Positions 27,685 through 37,451 of a DNA stretch of 64,000 nucleotides are shown in pieces. The notes beneath the pieces were generated by a model. That model ran no database searches. It saw only the letters and a list, made by a program, of their open reading frames with translations, and was not told the DNA's origin. Positions within the stretch are counted from its first letter, which is position 1. Each line of letters starts with the position of its first letter. The translations under genes and the position numbers were made by a program. The stretch spans positions 76,357 through 140,356 of the forward strand of contig DAOUKQ010000029.1 of the NCBI GenBank assembly GCA_034421135.1, in the 5' to 3' direction. The DNA is from Dehalococcoidia bacterium (GTDB taxonomy: Bacteria > Chloroflexota > Dehalococcoidia > Bin125).

Positions 27685-27982
27685 CGGCGATCTCGCTCAC
27701 CGGCGTCTCCATGGCAAACGAGAACCGGCCCACTTCCACGATCGATACTTCATCTTCATCCTCAAACTGCTCCGGCAGAGATGAGAACGGTCCACTCAAG
27801 CGCTGTTCGATCTCATTCCCCGACAGGGTCTTCAAGACACTCTCCACCGCGTCTCGAATCATCTCCTCTGCATCCTCGACTGAGTCACCCTGCGTCAACA
27901 CGTCGAACTGCGGGCAATAGACGAGGTAGCCCGGCGGCGGCTCTCCATCGTCGTAAAGGATTCCGGTCAGCTCGTGCCTCAT
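27677..27982 (-). CDS. hicB: HicB family antitoxin (second copy)
   Basis: 101 aa; GYLVYCPQFDVLTQGDSVEDAEEMIRDAVESVL; 8-nt overlap with hicA. Confidence 0.65.
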   Translation of the reverse strand: MRHELTGILYDDGEPPPGYLVYCPQFDVLTQGDSVEDAEEMIRDAVESVLKTLSGNEIEQRLSGPFSSLPEQFEDEDEVSIVEVGRFSFAMETPVSEIAVG

Positions 27983-28003
27983 ACGAACTCCACATCCCTG
28001 CTG

Positions 28004-28017
28004 CGAACGAGTGTTCC
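28004..28017. promoter_or_regulatory. LexA (Cheo) box CGAACGAGTGTTCC upstream of hicBA
   Basis: Perfect match to CGAACRNRYGTTYC; centred 28 nt upstream of the hicB start codon (27982). Confidence 0.55.
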
Positions 28018-28025
28018 GTAGATGT

Positions 28026-29237
28026 TCATCCTACCACTCCGGAACTCCGCATTGCTGCAATCTCTCCAGCCCCAAACCCGCACTCCCCCAGCACTTCATC
28101 CGTGTGCTGACCAAGCAGGGGCGGCGGACGACGCATTGTCCACGGCGACTTCGGCATGATCAACGGACGTCCGGGGATCCGCACTTCGCCCAGCTCGGCG
28201 TGCTCCACGGTCGACCAGAAGCCACGGTCGCTGAAATGGCTGTCCTCGAACAGCTCGTCGACTGAGAACAGCGGACCGCACAGCACCTTCGCCTCGCGTG
28301 CGGCCTCCCAGATTTCGCGCTTGGTCCGCTCCAACGCCCAGGGCAGGAACAGACCGTTGAACTCTTCGACCAGGTCGGGGATCAGATTGACGCCTGGCTG
28401 CCACCACTTCTCGTCCTGCAACCACTCAGGGCGACCCAGCATCTCATTCAGCCGCGGGATGCGGATCGCCGCTCCCGAGAACTCCACATAACCGTCGGCG
28501 CAGGGATAGACCCCGGCGAGCATCCCGGCGGCTGGACCCGGCGCTCGCAAGGAGCGGCGACCGGCGAACTCGAACCCAATTGTGGCCGCATGGCGACGGT
28601 CGACCCCGTTGAACTGGGCGTCGGCCATGGAAAAGTCGACATGCTGTCCCGCACCCTGCAACTCGGCGGCCGTCAGCGCAGCCATCGCGCCCGAGGCCGC
28701 GGCCGCCCCGCACTCCACCAGCGAGGCGGTCCCGTACATCTTCACCGGCTCGCGATCCTGCACGCCAATCGAGTACATCTCGCCGGCGAACCCATAGAGC
28801 ACGAGGTCGGAGATCCGGTAGTCGCGATACGGCGATTCCTGGCCGAACGGGGTGATCGAGACCATCGGCAGATCGTCCCGCAGTGACGCCACGCGCTCCC
28901 AACCAAAGCCCAACGAGTCGAGACGCCCCGGCGCTTGCGACTCAATCACGATGTCGGCACGTTCCAGCAGCCGTTCAAGAATCGGTGCCGCCTCAGGTCG
29001 CTCGATATCGAGCGCCAGCGAGCGCTTATTGGTGTTGAAGTAGAAGAACGTGCCCGACCGCTCCGGTCCCTCGACGCCCTGGTACCAGGGACCGACCGAG
29101 CGCGACGGATCGCCGCCCGGGGGTTCGATCTTGATCACATCTGCGCCGAAGTCGGCGAAGAGCTTGGTGCAATACGGCCCGGCGATGTGCTCGGTCAGGT
29201 CGAGGACGGTCACGCCGTCAAGCGGTCCAGAAGTCAT
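28026..29237 (-). CDS. CoA-transferase family III (CaiB/BaiF) protein
   Basis: 403 aa; LDGVTVLDLTEHIAGPYCTKLFADFGADVIKIE ... C-terminal LLGQHTDEVL. Confidence 0.8.
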   Translation of the reverse strand: MTSGPLDGVTVLDLTEHIAGPYCTKLFADFGADVIKIEPPGGDPSRSVGPWYQGVEGPERSGTFFYFNTNKRSLALDIERPEAAPILERLLERADIVIESQAPGRLDSLGFGWERVASLRDDLPMVSITPFGQESPYRDYRISDLVLYGFAGEMYSIGVQDREPVKMYGTASLVECGAAAASGAMAALTAAELQGAGQHVDFSMADAQFNGVDRRHAATIGFEFAGRRSLRAPGPAAGMLAGVYPCADGYVEFSGAAIRIPRLNEMLGRPEWLQDEKWWQPGVNLIPDLVEEFNGLFLPWALERTKREIWEAAREAKVLCGPLFSVDELFEDSHFSDRGFWSTVEHAELGEVRIPGRPLIMPKSPWTMRRPPPLLGQHTDEVLGECGFGAGEIAAMRSSGVVG

Positions 29238-29261
29238 GTCGCGATTCTACGTCGTGGCCTG

Positions 29262-29650
29262 TTGGAGAGATGTGCGTACCGTCTGCGCCTTCCCCTTGCA
29301 GGGGGAGGCGCAGACGGCGGAGGGGGTCCCGCTCGGCCGCTCCTGATCTGGTGGCGATGCCGGAGCCCCCCAGTCCCTACGGAGGGCTGTTCGTATTGCG
29401 ACGGGTCTCACTCCCTATCCCTCAGGAGACCTGCGCGTCAACCGCTGGGACGTTACTCCCTCTCCCTCTGGGAGAGGGCTGGGGTGAGGGTCCGGCGCGG
29501 CGATCGAGTCTGGTAGGGACCGCATCCATCGGCACAGAGGGCCCTCACCCTAACCCCCCTGCCTTCGCAGGGGCAGGCTTCTCCCGCCGGGAGAGGGGAC
29601 CGGAAGGGGTCTACGCGCAGGTCTGCGTTGGGGACGCCGTCTCTAGGCGT
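29262..29650. repeat. Cluster of family-B palindromic repeats (CTCTCCC-N3-GGGAGAG hairpins; GAGACCTGCGCGTCAACC ... GGTCTACGCGCAGGTCTGCG inverted termini)
   Basis: Shares a 33-nt block GCAGGGGCAGGCTTCTCCCGCCGGGAGAGGGGA with 43366-43398 and the GGGCTGGGGTGAGGGTCC block with 24812-24835. Confidence 0.7.
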
Positions 29651-29696
29651 CGCCCCTACATTTGTCGTTGCGATGTCCGACCTTTGCACATAAGTG

Positions 29697-30515
29697 TCAG
29701 CGGGCGGCCAGCACCGCGATCTGGGTAAACATGAAGAACGGCTCGCGCGACTCCGACCAGGTTGCCCAGCCGTGAGAGATGCGTTCCAACTGCGACTGAT
29801 TCGCCAGGCCGTACTCCAAAGCCTGATCGGCGATGCCGCTGTAGAGAATGCGTTGCGACCACGTCCGACCCCAGATTCTGGCTTCCTCGCCATCCATGGC
29901 GACGACGTTGGGGTGAATCTCGATTTCGGTGAGTCCAGCCGCTCGGACCCAGGCCGGCAGGGTGCGACCGGCGTCGGGTTCGGCGTGGTTCCGATACGCG
30001 ACCTCGTGGTAGAGCCGGTTCCAGTCCAGGAACTCCGGGAACTTGGGATGCGGGCACATCGTGGCGTAGTCTGCGTCGCGCACCGCGAGCAGGCCGCCGG
30101 GTTTGAGCACGCGGCGCATCTCCTGAATGGCTCGCACGGGGTCCGTCAAGTGCTGGAGAAGCTGGTTGGCGTAGACCACATCGAAGTGCGAATCCGGGAA
30201 ATCGAGTGCATAGACGTCGCCGGCGACGAACGTGACGTTGCCGATTCCCTCCTCGGCGGCGTGTGCGCGGGCGTGGTCCAGCACCTCCGACGCCGCGTCG
30301 ATGCCGATGACTTCACCGGGAGATACCGCTCGAGCGAGCCCCGCGGTCACAGTCCCCGGACCACAACCCGCGTCCAGTAGTCGCATATCCGGCCCAAGAC
30401 GGGGCAATAGAAACCACGCCTCGACCTCTGCTCGCCGGCGCGCGTGCGATTGCACCACCGACTCATGGTGGCCGTGCGTGTAGCGATCTTGCGGCGCCTG
30501 CGGAGTCTCAGTCAT
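29697..30515 (-). CDS. Class I SAM-dependent methyltransferase (Methyltransf_11/25-like)
   Basis: 272 aa from MTETPQAPQ; motif I LLDAGCGPGTVT, motif post-I VIGIDAASEVL, LKPGGLLAV; the ORF-track N-terminal 46 codons are rejected (Arg-rich, overlap neighbour). Confidence 0.7.
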   Translation of the reverse strand: MTETPQAPQDRYTHGHHESVVQSHARRRAEVEAWFLLPRLGPDMRLLDAGCGPGTVTAGLARAVSPGEVIGIDAASEVLDHARAHAAEEGIGNVTFVAGDVYALDFPDSHFDVVYANQLLQHLTDPVRAIQEMRRVLKPGGLLAVRDADYATMCPHPKFPEFLDWNRLYHEVAYRNHAEPDAGRTLPAWVRAAGLTEIEIHPNVVAMDGEEARIWGRTWSQRILYSGIADQALEYGLANQSQLERISHGWATWSESREPFFMFTQIAVLAAR

Positions 30516-31119
30516 CCGGGAATCCGTCCACGAGACGGGTGAGCGTCTCGACCGCGCGGTCCGAGAGCGCCAGACCCTTCGCGGCGGCTTGGCCTCGCGG
30601 CGACATCTTACGCCATGTCCGTCCGAGCGCCCGCCGCAGTTGACGGTCGTCAAGGTCGTCTAGCAGCGGCTCAAGCTGGGTATCGAGGAACACCAGCGAG
30701 AGCGCGTCTTCCAGCGTCTGCGCATCGGCATCGCCGGCTTGCAGCAGATCGGCCTTGGCGACCAGCGCCGCAACTCGCTCGACCGAGCCTCGCGGGTACC
30801 CGCAGTCCTCCAGAATCGCCGCCGTCAGTTCAGCATGAACCGCGTGCAGCGCCCGCCGCCAGCGCAGATAGGATGTCCGTCCTGCCGGAAACGACGATCG
30901 AGGCACCATCCAGCGGCGAACGTGGTGCGCTCGAGCCGCCAGCAGCAGTTCCTCCGACGCATCCGGTTCCAACTCCCGGACCCAACGAGTCATCATCTCG
31001 GCGTGGGTTTGTTCCTTGGGCAACGACTCGCCGTTGACGGTGAGCGTGAAGGGATCGTCGGCGTTGGCCGCGTCAATGGCGGCGATCGCGTCGTTGAAGC
31101 GGTCGGACGTGGTGCTCAC
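30508..31119 (-). CDS. DUF4202-like hypothetical protein
   Basis: 203 aa; helical, conserved ...HHVRRW...LRWRRALH... pattern of the DUF4202 family (recalled, not verified). Confidence 0.4.
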   Translation of the reverse strand: MSTTSDRFNDAIAAIDAANADDPFTLTVNGESLPKEQTHAEMMTRWVRELEPDASEELLLAARAHHVRRWMVPRSSFPAGRTSYLRWRRALHAVHAELTAAILEDCGYPRGSVERVAALVAKADLLQAGDADAQTLEDALSLVFLDTQLEPLLDDLDDRQLRRALGRTWRKMSPRGQAAAKGLALSDRAVETLTRLVDGFPDD

Positions 31120-31203
31120 GGTCGCAGCTTATCCGGCGCTGTGCCGTACCCGGCGAGATACGCGCGACGAGCGCGGGTATGACGAGTGAACGGAATGCTG
31201 AAA

Positions 31204-32106
31204 CTACTGTGGTTGCGCCGAGTCCCACTCCGACGCAAACTCGTCGCAGACGTCGATCGCCCTGCCGAATCTGACGCCCGACTTTGAGCGCATGTATTGG
31301 ATCAGCCGCTCCAACATCGCTACGCGGCCGGGCCGGCCGATGATGTAGGGGTGCATCGTCAGCGTAAAGACGCCGCCCCGTCGCCGGATCTCGTCGAAGG
31401 CGGCTTTCCAGGTCGATTCCACCTGCTCGGGCGCCGCTTGCAGGCGCCGACCGTCGGTGGGGGCGAAGACGAAGTAGGGATAGTCGTCCAGCGCCCAATG
31501 GATCGGAAGCTCAACCAGCCTCGAGTCGCCGGCCGCGACCCAGTACGGCGCGTCCGATCCCATCAGCGATGAGTCGTAGCGGAAGCCGCGCTCGGCCATC
31601 AGGTCCAATGAGACATCACTCAGCTCCCACGACGGCGAACGATAGCCGGCCACCGGTTCGCCGGTGATGCCTTGCAGAATCTCGCTGCCTTTGTCCAGCA
31701 CTTCCGCCTCTTCCTCGGGCGAGAGCGTGGCAGGCGGTTCGTGCAGGTAGCCGTGATGTCCGATCTCATGTCCGGCGGCGGCGATGCGCTCGACCGTCGC
31801 CGGATTGCGCTCGGCCACCCAGCCGGGAATGTAGAACGAGGCGGGCACGTTCGCCCGAGCCAGGGCCGTCAGAATGTGCGGCACGGCAACCGTGGGTCCA
31901 TAGTCCCCGAACGACCGCGCCGAGGGTCGTTGCTCAACACGAGGATCGCGGTTGATCATGCCCGAGGAGCCGTCGACGTCGAATGAGAGCACCACGACGC
32001 ACTCGCCCGCGCCTTCCTCGGAATCAGGAGACCACAGCGCCGCCCCGCAAGCAGGGCAAAACCGGCGCTCGCCGATCCATGCGCAGTGAGGACAGTCGTT
32101 CGGCAT
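31204..32106 (-). CDS. Polysaccharide deacetylase (NodB-homology) family protein with N-terminal zinc-ribbon
   Basis: 300 aa from MPNDCPHCAWIGERRFCPACGAALW (CxxC...CxxC); NodB-like motifs FDVD, HGYLHE, RSPSWE; the first 55 codons of the ORF-track version translate repeat A copy 2 and are rejected. Confidence 0.65.
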   Translation of the reverse strand: MPNDCPHCAWIGERRFCPACGAALWSPDSEEGAGECVVVLSFDVDGSSGMINRDPRVEQRPSARSFGDYGPTVAVPHILTALARANVPASFYIPGWVAERNPATVERIAAAGHEIGHHGYLHEPPATLSPEEEAEVLDKGSEILQGITGEPVAGYRSPSWELSDVSLDLMAERGFRYDSSLMGSDAPYWVAAGDSRLVELPIHWALDDYPYFVFAPTDGRRLQAAPEQVESTWKAAFDEIRRRGGVFTLTMHPYIIGRPGRVAMLERLIQYMRSKSGVRFGRAIDVCDEFASEWDSAQPQ

Positions 32107-32168
32107 GGCTGTGTCTCCCGGACTTAACTCAGCCTCCCAATGGGATCTGAGAGTAGCGCTCGTTGCTG

Positions 32169-32362
32169 TCCCCTCTCCCAGAGGAGACTGGCGCGTAAAC
32201 CCGACTTTCGTCGCACGCGGGCTCTGGCTCCCAGTCCCCGACTTGTTCGGGGACCCGTTCCCGTTCGGCACTACCGGAGATCTAGCAGGTACGAGACGGG
32301 CAGCCGAGCGGGTCCCCGAACAAGTCGGGGACTGGATCGGGTCGGTTTACGCGAAGGTCTCC
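32169..32362. repeat. MITE/REP-like repeat family A copy 2 (with a family-B-like CCCTCTCCCAGAGGAGAC leader)
   Basis: TIRs GCGCGTAAACCCGAC ... GTCGGTTTACGCGAAGGTCTCC flanking the shared core palindrome. Confidence 0.75.
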
Positions 32363-32384
32363 TGTCTTGGGGATTCCCGACTGC

Positions 32385-33428
32385 CTAGGCGAAGTCCGTG
32401 ATCGTGACGAATCCAGTGGTCTGGAAGGTCGTCATCGATTCCACGACCTCGGGTACCTGGTCGATGGAGATGGTGTCGCTGACGATCGTCTCCGGCTGCA
32501 GCTTGCCCGAGGCGACCATGTTCAGCATCGACGGGTAGTTCTGGTTCGGCAGACCCAGCGAGCCGCGGAACTCAATCTCGGACATCGTGATGAAGTCGAT
32601 CGGCAGGCCGACTTCGCCGGCCTCGTCGGCCGAGGTGATGCCGATCTGCACATGGACGCCGCCCTTGCGCAGCGAGTTGACCGAGTTGAGCATCGTCGCC
32701 CTAATCCCCAGCGCATCGACCGAAACGTCGGCGCCGCCCTCGGTGATCTGGCGGACCTTCGTAGGCACATCGTCTTCGAGCGCGTTGATTGTTTCCACCG
32801 CGCCCTGCGAGCGGGCCAGCGAGAGCTTGCCCTCTTCCAGGTCGACGGCGATCACCTGCGCGCCCAGCGAAGCGGCGACTTGCACCGCCGACAGACCGAT
32901 GCCGCCGCAGCCGTTGACGACGACCCAATCGCCGCCCGAGACTTCGCCGCGGTCGGCCACCCCGTGGTACGAGGTCATGAAGCGGCAGCCCATCGCCGCG
33001 CCCGCCTCGAACGAGACATTGTCGGGCAGCGGGATGGCGTTGAAATCGGCGTTGTAGATCGCCGCCTTCTGCGCGAAGCCACCGGCGAATCCGCCCTGCG
33101 TGTCGCAGATGTTCGGCAGGCCGGATCGGCAGATGTTGCAGTTGCCGCAACCATTGTGGAACGGCGTCAACACACGCATTCCGGGACGGATGTGTTCGAC
33201 GTCGTCGCCGACAGCCTCCACCGTTCCAGCCCACTCATGGCCGAGCACGCAGGGAATCGGCAGCTCGAAGCCGACCCACGAGAGGTCGCCCTGCCACAGG
33301 TGCCAGTCCGAGCGGCAGACGCCGCAGGCCTCGACGCGGACCAACGCATCCTTCGGTCCGATCACCGGCTCGGGAAAATCCCGGACCACCAGCGGCTGGC
33401 GGACGCCTTCCATCACAACGGCTTTCAT
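32385..33428 (-). CDS. Zinc-dependent alcohol dehydrogenase (MDR family)
   Basis: 347 aa; catalytic Zn GHEWAGTVEAVGDDV, structural Zn GCGNCNICRSG, NAD-binding VNGCGGIGLSAVQVA. Confidence 0.8.
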   Translation of the reverse strand: MKAVVMEGVRQPLVVRDFPEPVIGPKDALVRVEACGVCRSDWHLWQGDLSWVGFELPIPCVLGHEWAGTVEAVGDDVEHIRPGMRVLTPFHNGCGNCNICRSGLPNICDTQGGFAGGFAQKAAIYNADFNAIPLPDNVSFEAGAAMGCRFMTSYHGVADRGEVSGGDWVVVNGCGGIGLSAVQVAASLGAQVIAVDLEEGKLSLARSQGAVETINALEDDVPTKVRQITEGGADVSVDALGIRATMLNSVNSLRKGGVHVQIGITSADEAGEVGLPIDFITMSEIEFRGSLGLPNQNYPSMLNMVASGKLQPETIVSDTISIDQVPEVVESMTTFQTTGFVTITDFA

Positions 33429-33532
33429 GTCCGATTCCTTTCTAGTGCCTCAGCTCCAAGTGCTCGACAGCGGTTTGCTGCCTGACATGCTACTCGCCGC
33501 CAACAACCATTGCCGCTGCATCCAGGGAAGCC

Positions 33533-33706
33533 CTGCGCGCAAACCGAACGGGTCCAGTCCCCGACTTGTTCGGGGACCCGTTCCCTGACTGCACTGCGGG
33601 GGCTCTACCAGTGTCGAGACGGTGAGCCGAGCGGGTCCCCGAACAAGTCGGGGACTGGAACACAGGGTGCGTTTGTGACGACGATCGGGTTTACACGCAG
33701 GTCTGC
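33533..33706. repeat. MITE/REP-like repeat family A copy 3
   Basis: CTGCGCGCAAACCGAACGG + core palindrome + CGGGTTTACACGCAGGTCTGCG. Confidence 0.75.
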
Positions 33707-33749
33707 GGAAGGGGTGCCGGCGTTGGACGGCGGCGAACCGACCGCACAC

Positions 33750-34157
33750 CTACCCCGACCGATGCAACTGCAACGGACCGACATCGATCGATTCGGATAC
33801 GACGTACACGTTCAGCGTCTCGTTGAGCCTCACCCGACGCCGGACGTCGCTGACCGGTAATCCGATCACCTCCGAGTCTCCAACAGCCTGCGACCTCGTC
33901 CACTCGGCGATCTGGTCCGCCACAGGTTGTTGAGCCGACCTTGCCCGTTCTCGATCCAGCGGCAGCACATAACGTCGGCCTCGTTCGACCTCTTGCCAGG
34001 TGTAGCGGTAGGTCCAGTTGAAGGTCCGCGACTCGCTGTGATGCGCTCCCAGTGGAACAACGGGAACGCCGAGGCGCTCCTGCAAACCGACATCCTCCTC
34101 GATCTGCGCGAGTTCGCGAGCGAGGTACTCCATCAGCGGATCGTCGGCGTCGGTCAT
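33750..34157 (-). CDS. Hypothetical protein
   Basis: 135 aa ORF, acidic, no recognisable domain. Confidence 0.35.
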   Translation of the reverse strand: MTDADDPLMEYLARELAQIEEDVGLQERLGVPVVPLGAHHSESRTFNWTYRYTWQEVERGRRYVLPLDRERARSAQQPVADQIAEWTRSQAVGDSEVIGLPVSDVRRRVRLNETLNVYVVSESIDVGPLQLHRSG

Positions 34158-34208
34158 CGCATATCCCGGGTGCGGTTTGAGGATGGAAGCATCGTGGGCC
34201 GGACCCGG

Positions 34209-34991
34209 TTAGCGGAACACCGGATCGCGCTTCTCGAAGAATGCTGCCAGGCCTTCTTTCGTCTCCGGCCGCCGCGCCGCGTCGCTGATGGCGCGGGTTT
34301 CCCACTCCATCTGCGTCTCCAGACCCTCGTTCCACGACAGGTGATAGAGCCGCTTGGCTGCGCCGATCGACTCGGTTGGTCCGGCAGCGAGCTGGGCGGC
34401 CAGCTCATGCGCTGCGCTGTGCAGTTCGTCGTCGGGGACGACTCGGTTGATCATGCCCCAGTCCAGCGCCTCCTGCGACGAGAGCATGCGATTCGTCAGG
34501 CAGAGCTCGATCGCTCGGCGCAAGCCGACCAGGCGCGGCAAGAAGTAAGTCGACGATCCGTCGGGCGTCAGGCCGATGCGCGAGTAGGCCATGGTGAAGC
34601 GCGACGACTCGCCCGCCAGGGCGAGGTCGCCGATCAGGGCGAGGCTCATCCCCGCGCCGGCGCAGGTGCCGTTGATCGCGGTGATCATCGGCGCGTCCAT
34701 CCGCGTGAAGCGAGATACGGCGGCGTGCAGATAGGTGGTCATGTCCTTGATGTACGTTGCCATCTCAGGACCAGCGGGCGGAAAGCCGCGCAGGTCTGCG
34801 CCGGTGCAGAAGAACCGGCCCGAGCCGCGAAACACGACCGCGCGCACATCCGGATCGTCATCGACGCGGATCGAGGCTTCCATCAGTTCCTTGCACATCT
34901 CCAACGAGAGCGAGTTGGCCGCTTCGGGGCGGTCAATCGTGATCGTCGCTACGCTGTCCGCCACCTCGTAACCGAGCGTCTCGTACGTCAT
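34209..34991 (-). CDS. Enoyl-CoA hydratase/isomerase (crotonase family)
   Basis: 260 aa; ITIDRPEAANSL ... AVVFRGSGRFFCTGADL oxyanion-hole motifs. Confidence 0.8.
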   Translation of the reverse strand: MTYETLGYEVADSVATITIDRPEAANSLSLEMCKELMEASIRVDDDPDVRAVVFRGSGRFFCTGADLRGFPPAGPEMATYIKDMTTYLHAAVSRFTRMDAPMITAINGTCAGAGMSLALIGDLALAGESSRFTMAYSRIGLTPDGSSTYFLPRLVGLRRAIELCLTNRMLSSQEALDWGMINRVVPDDELHSAAHELAAQLAAGPTESIGAAKRLYHLSWNEGLETQMEWETRAISDAARRPETKEGLAAFFEKRDPVFR

Positions 34992-35011
34992 CAGTCAGCC
35001 TTTCGATACTG

Positions 35012-35821
35012 TTGGCACATTCGCAGGCTACCCCTACAGCGGAGATGACCATGCACAACGACCCTGCCCATATCGCGCAACCCATCGTGGACGTGCGCAT
35101 CCCAACGACTCACGGCGAACTGAAGGCGGCATTGGCGCGTCCTGCCGACAGCACGGAGCCCGTGCCTGGGGTGATTGTGCTGCACGAGCTGTTTGGCTTG
35201 AACAACGACATCCGCCGCATCGCCGAGCAGTTCTCGGACCATGGCTACGCGGCGCTGGCGCCCGATCTCTACTCCGTCGGACCGGCGCTCAAGCCGATCT
35301 GCATACGCCAGACGATGAACAGCCTGCGACAAGGCTCCGGACGGCCATTCGATCTGATTGAAGCCGGTCGCGCCTGGCTCGCTGATCGGGACGATGTCGA
35401 CCAGTCGCGCCTGGCTGTCGCCGGGTTCTGCATGGGCGGCGGCTTCGCAATGCTGTTCGCGGCCCGCGCTCCGCTGGGAGCGGCTGCCGTCTTCTACGGT
35501 CAAGCGCCGAGATCGCCCGAGCGGTTACAAGGCATTTGCCCCACATTTGGCGCATACGGGGAAGAAGACCACCTGGCGCCGGGCCACGGCGACATCCTGC
35601 GCGGGCATCTCGAGGAACTCAACGTCGAGCACGAGGTCATCGTCTACCCCGGGACCGGCCACTCCTTCATGAATCGGCACGACGGGTTGATGGGCTTCAT
35701 GGTCCGCCGTCAACGGCGAACCGTCGGCTATCAGGCGGAGTCCGCCGAATCAGCCTGGAATGCCATGCTCGACTTCTTCGACACACATCTCGATGGAACC
35801 ACGAAGCCGTTCCGGTCGTAA
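35012..35821 (+). CDS. Dienelactone hydrolase family protein
   Basis: 269 aa (start could be the internal Met at 35045/35051); VIVLHELFGLN, GFCMGGGFA nucleophile elbow, GTGHSF. Confidence 0.65.
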   Translation: MAHSQATPTAEMTMHNDPAHIAQPIVDVRIPTTHGELKAALARPADSTEPVPGVIVLHELFGLNNDIRRIAEQFSDHGYAALAPDLYSVGPALKPICIRQTMNSLRQGSGRPFDLIEAGRAWLADRDDVDQSRLAVAGFCMGGGFAMLFAARAPLGAAAVFYGQAPRSPERLQGICPTFGAYGEEDHLAPGHGDILRGHLEELNVEHEVIVYPGTGHSFMNRHDGLMGFMVRRQRRTVGYQAESAESAWNAMLDFFDTHLDGTTKPFRS

Positions 35822-35869
35822 GGTAGGTAAGGGTCCGCAACAAGCGGCGGACCATGAGAGGAACCGGGT

Positions 35870-36694
35870 ATGAAGTTCAGGGCATTACATGCGACATCGG
35901 GCCGGCTGCTGGCGCTGTTGACGTTGGCGGCGGCGCTGTTGATCGTCGCCGCGCTCACTGTGAGAGCGGACCAGGAGTACGATCTCAAACTGGTTCCCAG
36001 CCAGGACGAGCAGTTGACCACACTGACGATTGAAGGCGTCAAGTCGCGGCCGGTTGCGTACGACGGAACAGAGGTCCGCTTCAGAGTCAGCGTGCTGGAC
36101 GAGTCGGTGCTGGCGGCGGTATCAACGGGCAACTCCGCCCTTACTGACGTACACACTGCTCTTGAGATGGGTTGCAACGACGACGACCCCGACCAGCTAT
36201 GCGTTACGACTGATCAGTTGCAGACGCGGTCGATCCGCATCTATGAACAGACCGATTGGCGCGATGGACAGCGAGTAACGCTCGGCTTCCGCTACGAAAA
36301 CGAACTGCTCGCGCGAATCGACGGCGTCGATCAGGCTGGCGTGTTGATCGACGTCATCTTGACCGCAGGCGGCGATCATGTCCGATTTGATGGGATCAAC
36401 TTCACGGCCTCGGGCCGGGCCGAGGCGGAGCGCCTGGCGCTGCTCGACGCGATCGACGATGCGCAAGCGACCGCCGACTCAATCGCCGATCACATGGGTT
36501 ACGAGATCGTGCGCGTCGTGGAGCTCAGCCCGATTGGCAGCTTGACGGCGTCGCGTGTCGTTGAGGAATCGGCAGAGGCCGCCATTGCCGATGAAGCCTT
36601 CGAGCCAACCCCGGTCTTCGGCGGCAGCGAGTCGGTGACGTCGAGGGTGCGCATGGTCTTCGAACTGCGACCAATGCCGAACCCAGCCGAGTAG
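35870..36694 (+). CDS. SIMPL (DUF541) domain secreted protein
   Basis: 274 aa; signal peptide, SIMPL-like C-terminal region (LALLDAIDDAQATADSIADHMGYEIVRVVELS ... VTSRVRMVFEL). Confidence 0.55.
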   Translation: MKFRALHATSGRLLALLTLAAALLIVAALTVRADQEYDLKLVPSQDEQLTTLTIEGVKSRPVAYDGTEVRFRVSVLDESVLAAVSTGNSALTDVHTALEMGCNDDDPDQLCVTTDQLQTRSIRIYEQTDWRDGQRVTLGFRYENELLARIDGVDQAGVLIDVILTAGGDHVRFDGINFTASGRAEAERLALLDAIDDAQATADSIADHMGYEIVRVVELSPIGSLTASRVVEESAEAAIADEAFEPTPVFGGSESVTSRVRMVFELRPMPNPAE

Positions 36695-36716
36695 GTCGGC
36701 ACTGACTTGGTGCGCC

Positions 36717-37406
36717 TTACTCGGCGGCGTCCGCAGGACCGCGGGCCGCGTCGAGATCCCAGACGTGCTCGAAGCTGATCGTGAGTCCCTGGCAGACCGG
36801 CTCCGCGGACAACTCCTGGGGACGCTCAGCCAGATCAACCGTCCCATCGGCGCGATAGATGTAGACGGCCTCGCGCTCGGGAACGACGAGCCATCCGAGT
36901 TGAGTCCCGCCGGCGATCCAGGCGGCCATCTTCCGTTGCTGACTGGCGATTGTGTCGCTGCCCGAGCGGACCTCGATCACGAAATCGGGACAGATCGGCT
37001 GATAGATCTCGCGTCGCTCGGCATCGGTCATTGAGGCCCGGCGCTCAGGACTGGTCCAGGCGGCGTCGGGCGCGGCGGTGTTGCCGTCCCCGCGCCGGTA
37101 ACCGCCGCTCGATCCGGTGGTCACGCCTCCGACTCCGCCCCGGACCCACGTCATCAGTTGGTAGGCGAGTTCCAGACTGATCTCATCGGCGTCGTATCCG
37201 GCAGGCGCCATAATCAGCAACTCTCCACTCCCGGTTCGCTCGAACTGCCAGGGCTTGTTCAGCCGACTGATCTGCTCAAGCAGCTTGTCCGACAACGGGA
37301 CATCGTCCGGCAACCGGAGCAGCATCGGCAATCCGTCCGGAGAACAGGCGATCTCCTCCAGCAGCGTGGACGGCTCTACCAAGGGCTTGGCTGGTGTCGA
37401 GACCAT
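36717..37406 (-). CDS. Uma2 family (DUF820) protein, paralog 4
   Basis: 229 aa; PDFVIEVRSGSDTIASQQRKMAAWIAGGTQLGWLVVPEREAVYIYR. Confidence 0.7.
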   Translation of the reverse strand: MVSTPAKPLVEPSTLLEEIACSPDGLPMLLRLPDDVPLSDKLLEQISRLNKPWQFERTGSGELLIMAPAGYDADEISLELAYQLMTWVRGGVGGVTTGSSGGYRRGDGNTAAPDAAWTSPERRASMTDAERREIYQPICPDFVIEVRSGSDTIASQQRKMAAWIAGGTQLGWLVVPEREAVYIYRADGTVDLAERPQELSAEPVCQGLTISFEHVWDLDAARGPADAAE

Positions 37407-37451
37407 CGCAGCGGGCCTTCTCTCGTTGGCAGCGCCCAGCCAGCAGCGGCC

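Noticed and set aside
31204-32271. N-terminal extensions of the ORF-track genes 31204..32271, 50787..51770, 29697..30653, 4539..5177, 46985..48073 and 57709..58935
   Set aside because: The extra codons translate MITE-like repeats or Arg-rich GC-skew sequence, and they overlap neighbouring genes. Internal Met starts align with the beginnings of the family domains.
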